NCBI RefSeq assembly: GCF_037042905.1
Contig: NC_087250.1
Span: 13,270,001-13,334,000, forward strand
Length of the DNA stretch: 64,000 bases
Direction: 5' to 3'
Source: Lytechinus pictus
Lineage: Eukaryota
The position numbers were made by a program, and so were the translations under genes. The notes beneath the pieces are model-generated. The model saw only the letters and a list, made by a program, of their open reading frames with translations, was not told where the DNA came from and ran no database searches. Shown piece after piece: positions 52,237 to 64,000 of the stretch (position 1 is the first letter of the stretch; each line of letters opens with the position of its first letter).

Positions 52237-52379
52237 GTATTAAAGGTTAAAATTTATTCATGGCAATTCTATTATTAGTTTAATAATACTGTATGTACAT
52301 GTAGTATTTCATTCATTTTGTTTCTAAGCACTTCACATGTTTTATTATTTCCCCGGTATTTGGATCCATCACTGTTTAA

Positions 52380-52630
52380 CTCATAGAGTGCACCATCTCC
52401 ACACCCTGGGGAGCATTGGTCCTGGCCAGGCAACCGTTTTTACCGGTACGCACATGCCAATCCTATGAATCACATTGACGTTCACATCCTATCGTGTACT
52501 CATTTAACACCTGGGTGGAGAGTGACAAACGTAGATAAGTGCCTTGCCAATGGACATTAACCTTGGGCAAAATTTGAACACTTGACCCTAGGTTTAAGAG
52601 TCAAGTGACTGAACCAATACACCACGACAC
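52380..52630 (-). mobile_element. tRNA-derived SINE with conserved central domain
   Basis: Decayed tRNA head at the right end plus TACTCATTTAACACCTGGGTGGAGAG core; fragments also at about 24730-24840, 41690-41840 and 43640-43835. Confidence 0.6.
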
Positions 52631-54547
52631 GGATATCGTTTTCCTGTTTTCTTCATTTGTGAGGTCAGGGCTGTGGATTTTAATTCTTTGCCTCACCCAA
52701 ATTATCTAAATGTAAGTAGCGATCAGCGACTCTCCTGAACATGTGATAGAAACCAGATTTGACATTGTATTATTCTTTAATAGTACAATAAATTGGACTT
52801 TACTCTGCCAAATTCACTCTGTAGAGTGCTCAAAACACTTTTCAAGATATTTTAAAGGAGTACTCCGGGCTGAAAATATTTATATCTAAATAGACAGAGT
52901 AAAATTCACAGAGCAAAATACTGAAAATTTCATCAAAATCAGAGTTATTGAATTTAAAAGTTTTGCAATGTTATGCAAAATTAGTTATATACACGTCATC
53001 ATGAATATTCATTAGGTGGGCTGATGTCGTCACATCCCCACTTTCCTTTTTCTTATATTATTACGCAAAATCATAATTGTTTCATTTTTTTCACACATCT
53101 GTGAACAATGTGTCTCCTTTCTAATGAAAAAAAGTTGCAGCAATGAATAACTAATTCATTCTTAGTTGTCAATCTAATTTTGTCACTTCTTGGTTGAAAA
53201 AATTTGAATAAACCTGATTCCTGAAAATGGCTCATTTCTATACTTTGTGTACAATGTCTATGGGAGATCAAATTTATAAAAGGATGGTTATTTTTCGTTC
53301 TAATAGGTCTGCTTAATTTATTTAGAGTTTGATTTAGTTGTTAAATGGTCTGTAGTAATTTCCATTGAAAAACAATGAAAAACAAGATGAAAAAACAAAG
53401 AAATACAGAAGAAATTCAAAAAAACCTTTAAATTAGATTACAGAGATCTGCAAAAAAAGAAGAAAATTTGAAGTGAAAAACATGTAAGGGTGTTAAATAT
53501 CAAATAATGTTTTTCATGAATAAATTTGCATATTTTATTCATAATAATTAAAAGTACATTATTTTATGGATTTTTTTTATACTAGCTTGTAGTTATTGTT
53601 TATCTCAAATAGCCCTGTCCTTTTAGGGTCAAAGGAAATTAAGATGACTTTTTTGAAGATTCAGAAGTTACATTTGTTGTCTTGATGAAGGCTGACTTAT
53701 AGGAGTAGTCGACAAGGGATCTTTCCCCAGGTTCTTAAACTGAGAACTTGTAATGGACATAGGGATCTTGAAGAGTGTAATATTTTGATGCCTGCCAGAT
53801 GAAATCTACTAACTCTATGATACAACCAAAGGAGATGCATTCACAACATGCTCCCATGCTCTCTTTACCTCACCTCCCAACAAAATGATGAGCTTATTTT
53901 GCTTACATTGACTTTCCTTCATAAACTCCATATGAGCCGTATTACATCTCTTTCCTCTCTGTAACCATTATTCTGCTGATGGACACTCTTTATGTAGCAC
54001 CCTGCTGTTGATCTCCGATGTAAGCGGAGGAAGAAGAAGATGTCTTCAGGAAGGCTGTTCCATGATGAGGGTAGACTAGATTCTAGACGTCGGTGTACTT
54101 GTTATTTCTCTCCCCTTGCTTCATTCTCCCCTGCGCGCCATCCCCAGTGATCGCGCTATCCCCTCTTTCACGCCCCTCACCAATGATGATGGTATGATGA
54201 GGGTAGGAAATCGTGTGGCTGTTTTCATTTCGGGCGTAGAGGTTGAGGATTGTGTTATTGATCAACTGAAAAGCAGAACAGTCCTGGCAAAGGACTATGA
54301 TGAGGGTTGAGTGGACCAGTGACAAGTCTTTTCTCTAAGGTTGTGAAAACTCTCAGAACTGGAAGTGGAGGAACATTTTAAAGGATCTTCAAAGGTGTAC
54401 TGTAGCTTTTTTGTTGTTGATGAAATGAGGTACTACGGAGAAGAACCGGGCTTACAGTGGACAGCAACACTTGTACATGAATTGTTTACCATTGTGACTT
54501 TGATCTCATTTGTTCCTTGTTAGTAAAATCTCATACTGACAAACTTA

Positions 54548-54770
54548 CCAGTGCGTTGGCTTGAGCGTCCGCCTCACAACTGGACGTTCAAACCCCTGCC
54601 GCGTCAGACCAAACGATGTTAGAAGATGGGGAGTTGCTGCTACCCTGTTTGGCGCTCAACGATTCAAGGGATAGAGCTATGCCCATCTGGCGCTGCAGGG
54701 TCCACGATCAATGATTGGGCAAAGCACGTTTCTATTTCGAACAATAAATTACGGATTTTCATTTTCAATT
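54548..54770 (+). mobile_element. tRNA-derived SINE abutting the last PPP1R2 acceptor
   Basis: Decayed A/B boxes, body related to 27675-27870, TTTTCA-type tail. Confidence 0.6.
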
Positions 54771-54798
54771 TTATGTCTTCATTCTTGTCTATTTCCAG

Positions 54799-55019
54799 AG
54801 AAAAAGAGAAAGTTTCGCAGCAAGAGGAAGAATCATTATGATGAGGCGTACAACATCAAATTGGCAAAGGAACTGATAGAACAGGAGCTAAGGGAGGCCG
54901 AAGAGGAGGAAGAGGAAGAGAAACGAAAAACTGAAGGTTTGACGTCACAAGACGGCTGTAATCAACAAACGGATGAAACATTAGCTGATGATAGTATTGC
55001 CATGCAAACGGGCGATTGA
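54799..55019 (+). CDS. PPP1R2: Protein phosphatase inhibitor 2, exon 4 (inhibitory helix)
   Basis: tttccag acceptor, phase 1; EKKRKFRSKRKNHYDEAYNIKLAKELIEQEL; TGA. Spliced CDS is 597 nt = 198 aa. Confidence 0.93.
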
Positions 55020-56921
55020 ACCGATCCTTATGGGCATCTCTGACCTTTGACCTGTGATGTAAGGGCTTAGGTCACGGACATACATAGACACTTGTAAGTG
55101 CCATAGCAGATTGCTGTATCTTGTTCATGTATGAATCAGTTGATTGCCATGCAAGTGGGCGGTTGAACTTTTCCTTGTGAACATATGTGACCTTTGACAC
55201 AGTCTTTACAGTTCATTGGTCACACACATACGCTTTGAAGTGTTACATCTCGTTGTTTTATCATGTATGAATCAGTCGCTAATATTATTGTCATACAAGC
55301 TGGTGATTTATTTTACTTGCTTGGAGAACTGCGACCTTTGACCTGCACATTTAGGGTCAAAGTTCACACTTGCCATAGATACTAAATATGCTATGTAGCA
55401 GATAACTGTATCATGTACTAATGCTGATAATAGTATTGCCAGGCAAACTGGTGATTAATCCCGCTCTCTCTCTGATGCCCCTTGACCTTTGACCGTCTCT
55501 TTAAAGGTCAAAGGTCATATAGAGAATGGCTTTAATGTGCTGTTGTATATTGAATGTTGAGATAATTCAGGAGGAGCAATTACAGGTTACTCTGATCTGA
55601 GGATCTCATCATTTTTGAATTCGTACATACTTGTAAAATCATGGTGAATCAGCCTTATGATTTATAGTGTAAACTAGAAATATTTCTGACAATCACAAAA
55701 AATATATATATATGTTACATTGAAAGTCCCCTGAGTGTGATTTTATAGATTTATGATGCATACATGTACATTAGCTTACCACTAACATCCCCCAAACTGC
55801 CAATTAGTGCCACAAATTCATTGCATAAAGCTGCATTTTTTTTTACTGCACTATAATTCCACTCTTGAATTGAAGGATATATTGCATGGTGCAAACAATC
55901 TTAAATCTCTTATTGTTAAAAAGAAAACAATGTGCTTTCTTTCTTCCTTTTTTTATGTTCTTTTAAATTCTTTTCCTTTTCTTTTTCCTCTTCTTTTTCT
56001 TCTCCTCCTTCTTAACCTACTCAATCTCCTCCTCCTTTCTTCTACTTTTCTCTTTCTTTTATTTCTGCTTGACTGAATATTTGCATGAAATGCGAGGCAA
56101 AACTTAAGCTCTGCAATACACCTAGATTACATGTACATGTGCATTGCAGGGGCCAGGGTATGGCTTAATGTTCAAAGGTTTAATGAATAGAATATTCTGT
56201 GCAATTAAATTGTCATGATTTGATAGTCAAATTCTCAAAATCCACTATAAAGAAGCTTCAACTGAGCAGGGATTTAGTCAAGGCCGGTACTTCGAATTTA
56301 CAAGATCGCCGTGAGGACCTTCCCCTGTAGATCTTGTACACATTACTCGGGCCGAGACCAAGGCTAGCAAAATTCGGCCTCAACTACATCCCTGCAATGG
56401 AAAGTTCACAGTCTACGCAAAGTCTAAAAGTGATTCGCACTTTAACTGCTTTTGATTATTTCCTTTACTTAAAATGCCAAAGATATATGTCAAACATTAC
56501 CATATATATTGCTTTTAATTGATGAAGTCATTGCATTTCTGATCATTTAAAAGTATTTGCAAAAATTTGATTTTTGTTTCCAATTGCAATTTTTGCCTTC
56601 CATTCTTGCTACTTCCAGCAATTAATCATGAATTCAATTTTGAATTAATTTGTTTTCATTATTATCATAATTGTTATTAATTTATATTGATATAACCAGT
56701 ATAAATAATATCTCAAATGCAATCTGATAGCTAAAACACTTAGGACAGGTGTCACTTTTGGTGAATACTAATTAGATAGCTTGTTCACCACTCTTCGAGA
56801 AATAATAGGGCAGCACTTTGGAGTAATAAAAATCAAGACCACCTTTTTACGGAGCAAAAAATAAAACACGCCTGTTTATGCTATGCTACCAATATATCTG
56901 CCAGATTGAATAATAGGTCAA

Positions 56922-58097
56922 TTTTTGTCTCACCTGCATAGCAGAGTGAGACTATAGGCGCCGCTTTTCCAACGGCGGCGGCATCAACACCAAATCTTAA
57001 CCAAAGGTTAAGTTTTTGAAATGACAGCATAACTTAGAAAGTATATGGACCTAGTTCATGAAACTTGGCCATAAGGTTAATCAAGTATTACTGAACATCC
57101 TGCCTGAGTTTGAGGTCACATGACCAAGGTCAAAGTTCATTTAGGGTCAATGAACTTAGACCATGTTGGGGGAATCAACATCAAAATCTTAACCTAAGGT
57201 TAAGTTTTTGAAATGTCATCATGAATTAGAAAATATATAGACCTAGCTCATGAAACTTGGACATAAGGTTAATCAAGTTTTACTGAACATCCTGCTTGAG
57301 TTTCACGTCACAAGACCAAGGTCAAAGATCATTTTATAGGGTCAATGAAATTTGGCCAAATTGGGGGTATCTGTTGAATTACCATCATAACTTAGAAAAT
57401 TTATGGATCTGATTCATGAAACGTTAACATAAGAGTAATCAAGTATCACTTAACATCCTGTGCAAGTTTCAGGTCACATGATTAAGGTCAAAGATCATTT
57501 AAAGTCAATGAACTTTGGCCAAGTTAGGAGTATTTGTTGAATTACCATCATAACTTTGAAAGTTTATTGGTCTAATTCATAAAACTTGGACATAAGAGTA
57601 ATCAAGTATCACTGAACATCCTGTGCACATTTCAGGTCACATGACGAAGTCAAAGGTCAATGAACTTTGGCCATAACAGGGATATCTGTTGAATTACCAT
57701 AACTTTGAAAGTTTATTGGTCTAGTTCATAAAACTTGGACATAAGAGTAATCAAGTATCACTGAACATTTTGTCCGAGTTTCAGGTCACATGACCAAATT
57801 CAAAGGTCATTTAAGGTCATTGAACCTTGGTCATTTTAGAGGTAATTATTAGATTGCTGTCATAACTTTCAAAGTTTATAGATATAGTGTATAAAATGTG
57901 GATATAGGGGTAATCAAGTTTCACTGACAAGTTTTAGGTCACATGAACAAGGTCAAATGTCACTGAACGTAGTATTGTATCATTATATGAATGGTGTAAT
58001 TTGTGAATAATTATTTTATAGTAGTTTTCAAAGCTAGCACTGTTGGTATATTTAATCGCGTGATGCAGGTGAGACCGCCAGAGGCATTCCACTTGTT
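56922..58097 (+). mobile_element. Helentron-associated (HINE/DINE-1-like) element with internal tandem array
   Basis: Subterminal inverted repeats GTCTCACCTGCAT (56927) and ATGCAGGTGAGAC (58063), (GGC)n tract, about 6 units of 150-190 bp, T-rich flanks, no TSD. Confidence 0.8.
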
Positions 58098-61000
58098 TTG
58101 TTTTTATTGTCAAAATTGTCTGGTGAAATTGAAATAGAGTGAATGATATTGTTATCATCTTTTAATTGAAAAAACAATATTATTAGTACTAGCCGTCAAG
58201 AATAGGATGCTGACACATGTCCTTATGACAAAATCGACTCCATAGTTATACCTCCACATCGTCCTATATTTACCACTGAGGATTACTTTAGTATTGTTGC
58301 TTATATAGTCAAATGTTAATCAAAATCAAATAGGAAATAAGAAAGTTTGGCATTTTTTTATTCACAAATTGTCACAATGCTGTAGCCTAAATTTAATGAA
58401 AATTAGAAAAATAAGAAAGTTTGGCATATCTTAAACTTCACATTTTCTCTCAATGCTATAGCCAGAAGTCAATAGAAATCAAATAGGAACTAAAGACAAT
58501 TTGGCATGTTTGATATTAAAAATATTTCACAATGCTATGATTTGCAAATCAAATGAGAAACTGAATGATGCTGATTTTGGCAAACACACGTCTCACATGT
58601 ATAGATTCTTGTTAAGCAAAATCCATGTATTAAATTGAATAGATCTGATTGGCTAAACTTTCAATTCCCAATAAAATCAGAATAATATCTTATGAGTAAC
58701 TAATAAAGCCTAGTTTTATATTATTGCGAGAGAGAAAAAAAGAGATGTTTGATTACTTTGATACACTACTTCAAATGTTCAATTGCAAATGAAGTAATGA
58801 ATGTGTCACCTCAAATGGTCTCTCATTACCCATGAAAGCAAATACCCCCCCCCCCCCCGAAAAAGGCGAATAAAATGAAAAAGGCCATGACATTCTTGTT
58901 TTGCATCCGATTTTGATTAAATTTTCTGTGTTGCATTTTTTCTTTTATATTCAACTTGACTTGGGATTTAGGAGATCTTGGGGATTTAAGCCTCCATGGC
59001 CATGAAATCATACAATATTTACAAAATGATCATTTAATATGAAAACAGATTCAGGTACTTTCCTCTGATCGTGATGTGATTTTGTGTTTTCCCATTTTCT
59101 GTTGTTTGTTTGTACACAATCACACACGTTACAAAATTCCACAATGACATACTTTGTTAAGTTTGATGTATACTTTTGATTTGTATAAGCTATTATTGGT
59201 TAACGGGAATTGTAAGCATTTTTGTTGAGTTTTGATTTATGTATCACTTTTGCTATTATCATGCATAAACCAAGTCACTGTATGATCTGTTTGAGAAAAG
59301 AATGTAGATTTACAGCAATAGATGAAGTAGATAGGGATTTCTTATACAAGGAGTGTTCATACATGGATTTATCTTTTACCTGAATGTGAAGGTTTACAGT
59401 GTGAACATTACTGATATTTATCCAGAGATCAGCTGTCATGTGGGGACTGTTCCCACATGAATTCAACGTTCATGCGCCTTAAGTTTGAACCCACTTTAAT
59501 ATATGTTACAGGTCATAGACATGTCCTCATTTCTTCATATTAGTTTTGTAGCATTTGCAGGATTTTAATTGTGATTTAAAAAATTATTACTTGCTGCATT
59601 TACTTGGTTTGGTTGACTTTTTCATAAACAAATAAGCAACTCCTGAATTTTTTTATTCTCTAGTTGAAATAGACCATATAATATTGGAATGTTTAAATAT
59701 TCGAATGAATGGACTTCATTTAATCTACATACATTTCTTTGCTGTCTTCTATTGAAATACATTGTCATATCCTGGAGGCCGTTTCATAAAAGCTAAAAGC
59801 TGTTTGTAAGCTAAGAGCATCTTTGCGAGCGATTGGTGAACCTTTCTTACGTGCTAAACCATCGCCAATGAATATACCATTTACCGCAAGAAAGGTTCAC
59901 CAGTCGTTCTTAAAGTCGCTCTTAAATTACAAACAGCTTTATGAAACACCCACCTGTCCTTTGAATTTTTTATGATATTGATAATTATAATAATAATAAA
60001 AGTGATAACGACAATAAAAAATTTGATTATGATAATGATTGTAGTTAATAACAATAATCATAGTAAGAATGATAGTAATATTCATAATGTTTCAATTAAT
60101 CCTGTTGCAATCACTGGTTCTAACACTGCTAATACTATTGTAATTGCATTCAATCACAAATTACATTTAATAACAACAAAAACACCAAAAACTAAATTTC
60201 GAAAAAAATTAAGGTATAAAAGAAGGCTGACTTTTTCACATGTACTATCTATAATATATTTATCATGTTTTCTCACCATTTAACTATTTCAATATATTTG
60301 CTATATATTTAAAAAAAAACAGTGAGTGCATAGCCTCTGTTTTTTTTTTACTAACATGGCAAGAAAATGTCTCCTGTTTGTAATCACCACACATTCAAAT
60401 ACAGAAAATATACACCTATATTGTAGGTATAGGCATTGGACTTTGCCTATAATTAGAATCGTGGGATACATTTTTCCAGTTCTAACTTTTACTTTGATCA
60501 TTTTCTTAAAAAAAACATTTATTTTCGTCATAGATGATATTTGATATTTTCTTAGTTTGAAATCATAATTTTGCATCAGCATATTTGTTTATTATGAAGA
60601 AAAGAATAGGAATATAATTTCAGTATTTTTGTTGTAAGATGTTTATTTCATGAATTTATTTGTGAAGAGAAAAGTAAGTAATGTCAAGTAAAATATTTAC
60701 CTTTGCGTGTGGATTTCATTAATGAAATAAAGCTTAAGTATGATAAAAAAGAAATGCACTTGTTTTTGTTATGTGTGCATGTGTGAAGTCAAGTGTTTAT
60801 TCAATAATTCTCATTACATAATTCAAATTCAAGAGTCTGCTAAATTTAGTTTAATATCTCAGTGAAAGAAACTACCTGATCAATTTTTATGACTAGTAGA
60901 TAATATAGGCCTTGTCTAATACATTTAAATATTTTTTATTCCTATTGAAAATTCAAAAATTAATTTAGCTAGTTTGATAAGAAAATCATGAATTTTTGAA

Positions 61001-61849
61001 CGTTCTAAAATGTTTTAAAAATCCTATCATAATCTTTATACCTATGGATAGTTCAAATTTGCTGGAGTGGCTATGTTGCTTTAGGATAGATCTAGATAAA
61101 AGCTTCAGTCTCTATATTTTGTTGGTTGTTCCACTTTACTATGTCTTTCTTCATGACACGTCTTCCAGAGGAGGAGAAATTAAAAAGAAGTCGCAACAGA
61201 CAGATTTCAACTAAGATTCCTCCTCTTTTTCTCATCCGCCTTATTCTTTTTCTTCTCCTTTTTCTTTTTTTCTTCTTCTCCTCTTTCTTTTTTTCTTCTT
61301 CTCCTCCTTCTGATCTTCTTCATAACCTGACAGTGGCAGGACAGAAAGATTTCCTGTAATATTCTAATTATATAAGGGCTATCTATTTCACTAGAAAAGC
61401 TACATGTCTAGGGTCAAATTTGCGAGGGTATAAAAAAAGACTAAAATGTTTAATATAAGGATGTTCTTTTTGCTCCAACAGTCAACACTACATGTTTATA
61501 GTCCGATTTGCGTGAAGTGTGGGAGATGGGGCCATACTAAACCCGATGATTTAGGTATAAAGGTAAAACCAACGTCCATATGACATGCATAACAATTAAA
61601 ATATCGCTGCTTGTTTAGGGGTTCAATATCAAGGAATTGCACACACGTGTATGGCATTTTCAAAATATGGAAAATACTTGTTTAGGGTGCTTTTAGAGAC
61701 CCCATGGTCGCGCATGGTATCCACTTGTCAATGGAAGTGCCCCCCAGGGGGGCTGGAGTAGTTAATAGGTTTATGGCGAATGGGGCCGGGGGAGGAGGGG
61801 GGGCTGTGCTTTTTATATTTTGCATTTATTATTTTATGTGTGAGGATAC

Positions 61850-62200
61850 CATATCGCCGACGCTCGACGGCGCCTAAGGGTAGGCACTTATGAACCAAGT
61901 TTGAAAGGAGACTCGTAAAATGACGTCACTCTCGCCGATGAATATTCATTAGATCGTAGTCGTGCGTGTTCAATACACACTGCGTGCAGGCATGCAGATA
62001 CAGGATAGTTGTATGCGAGGAACTTTGGCTCCAGAGACAAGTTGTCAAATAACGTGTGTGTGTGTGAGGGTGTGTGTGTACCATCGGCTGGTAGTATTCC
62101 ATGCTGTCTACGACTTCAAACCGCTTCGGAGAGAGTGCAATTCGGTAAAACGAAGTTTCCGATATAAAGAGATAATAACACTATATGTGGTACGTTGGGA
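61850..62200 (+). promoter_or_regulatory. Possible promoter or first exon of a further gene
   Basis: CpG-richer unique patch with TGACGTCA at 61921-61928 and ATGAATATTCAT palindrome; no coding support. Confidence 0.25.
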
Positions 62201-62357
62201 GGCAAATGTCAGATCAGGGGAGGCAGGATCTTACAATCAGGTTTTTTAAAGGGAAGAATAGTGTAGAATAAAAGGTATCATATATAGCCAATTGATCTAG
62301 TAGAGTGAAGTGAACAATTATGTTGTTTTTTTAAAGAATGAATATACCTTACGTGGA

Positions 62358-64000
62358 TATGGTGAAGCCAATTTAAAAGGAGGTGAGACAAGTTTCAATG
62401 GAGGTTTTTAAAAAGAATAAACTGCATTATGGTGAAGCCAATTTAAAAGGAGGTGAGGCAAGTTTCAATGGAGGTTTTTAAAAGAATAAACTGCATTATG
62501 GTGAAGCCAATTTAAAAGGAGGTGAGACAAGTTTCAATGGAGGTTTTTTTTTAAGAATAAACTGTCCTACAAATTTAAATGGAGGTGAGGCATTAAGTTT
62601 CAATGGAGGTTTTTAAAAAGAATAAACTGTACTACAAATTAAAAAAGAGGTGAGACAAGTTTCAATGGAGGTTTTTAAAAAGAATAAACTGTACTACAAA
62701 CTTAAAAGGAGGTGAGGCAAGTTTCAATGGAGGTTTTTAAAAAGAATAAACTGTATTATGGTGATGCAAATTTTAAAGGAGGTGCGGCAAGTTTCAATGG
62801 AGGTTTTTATAAAAAAGAATAGACTGCATTATGGTGAAGCCAATTTAAAAGCAGGTGAGGCAAGTTTCAATGGAGGTTTTTAAAAAGAATAAACTGTACA
62901 TGGTGATGCAAATTTAAAAGGAGGTGAGGCAAGTTTCAATGGAGGTTTTTATAAAAAAAAATAGACTGCATTATGGTGAAGCCAATTTAAAAGCAGGTGA
63001 GGCAAGTTTCAATGGAGGTTTTTAAAAGAAATTAACTGTACTACAAATTTAAAAGGAGGTGATCGAGGCAAGTTTCAATGGAGGTTTAAAAAAAAGAATA
63101 AACTGTACTACAAACTTAAAAGGAGGTGAGGCAAGTTTCAATGGAGGTTTTCAAAAAGAATAAACTGTACTACAAACTTAAAAGGAGGTGAGGCAAGTTT
63201 CAATGGAGGTTTTTAAAAAGAATAAACTGTACTACAAATTATGGTGAAGCGAATTTAAAAGGAGGTGAGGCAAGTTTCAATGGAGGTTTTTTTTTAAAGA
63301 ATAAACTGTACTACAAATTAAAAAAGAGGTGAGACAAGTTTCAATGGAGGTTTTTAAAAAGAATAGACTGCATTATGGTGAAGCCTATTTAAAAGGAGGT
63401 GAGGCAAGTTTCAATGGAGGTTTTTAAAAAGAATAAACTGTACTACAAATTATGGTGAAGCGAATTTAAAAGGAGGTGAGGCAAGTTTCAATGGAGGTTT
63501 TTTTTTAAGAATAAACTGTACTACAAATTTAAAAGGAGGTGAGGCAAGTTTCAATGGAGGTTTTTTTAAAAGAATAAACTGTACTACAAATTTAAAAGGA
63601 GGTGAGGCAAGTTTCAATGGAGGTTTTTAAAAAGAATAGACTGCATTATGGTGAAGCCAATTTAAAAGGAGGTGAGGCAAGTTTCATGGAGGTTTTTAAA
63701 AGAAATTAACTGTACTTACAAATTTAAAAGGAGGTGAGGCAAGTTTCAATGGAGGTTTTTATAAAAAGAATAGACTGCATTATGGTGAAGCCAATTTAAA
63801 AGCAGGTGAGGCAAGTTTCAATGGAGGTTTTTAAAAGAAATTAACTGTACTACAAATTTAAAAGGAGGTGAGGCAAGTTTCAATGGATGTTTTAAAAAAG
63901 AATAAACTGTACTACAAACTTAAAAGGAGGTGAGGCAAGTTTCAATGGAGGTTTTTAAAAAGAATAAACTGTACTACAAACTTAAAAGGAGGTGAGGCAA
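62358..64000. repeat. Satellite/minisatellite, about 25 units of 60-77 bp, runs off the window
   Basis: Core AAAAGGAGGTGAGGCAAGTTTCAATGGAGGTTTTTAAAAAGAATAAACTG with alternative linkers. Confidence 0.97.

Noticed and set aside
53640..54500. Possible decayed LINE fragment; also 36090-36460
   Set aside because: Composition is suggestive but no unambiguous RT or endonuclease motif could be read by eye
62358..64000. CRISPR-like repeat-spacer appearance
   Set aside because: Linkers are reused from three variants rather than unique, there are no cas genes, and the context is eukaryotic; it is a satellite

Overview
AT-rich, repeat-dense, intron-containing animal genomic DNA. The repeat repertoire suggests an invertebrate deuterostome such as a sea urchin; this is an inference. 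Three spliced genes can be rebuilt by hand with consistent GT-AG phases. (1) A + strand EGF + zona pellucida (ZP) domain membrane protein: 6 exons, 2665-18447, with its 5' end probably upstream of the window. (2) A - strand DUSP3/VHR-like atypical dual-specificity phosphatase: 4 coding exons, 40602-34151, 185 aa, HCVQGFSRS. (3) A + strand protein phosphatase inhibitor-2 (PPP1R2): 4 exons, 47074-55019, 198 aa, head-to-head with the DUSP. The rest is mostly non-autonomous DNA transposons with diagnosable TIRs and TSDs (several nested), tRNA-derived SINEs, decayed non-LTR RT fragments (R4/Dong-like, CR1/L2-like), a Helentron-associated (HINE/DINE-like) element, microsatellites, and a modular 60-77 bp satellite running off the right end. 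I found no prokaryote-type system (CRISPR, operon). The most interesting observations: two duplicated 51-nt pseudo-exons in the inhibitor-2 intron that would truncate the protein before its inhibitory helix; a repeat born from the inhibitor-2 stop-codon region; odd cysteine and furin-site architecture plus a possible secreted isoform of the ZP protein; three unrelated CAG-ended MITEs with 5-bp TSDs; and a perfect 85-bp intronic inverted repeat.
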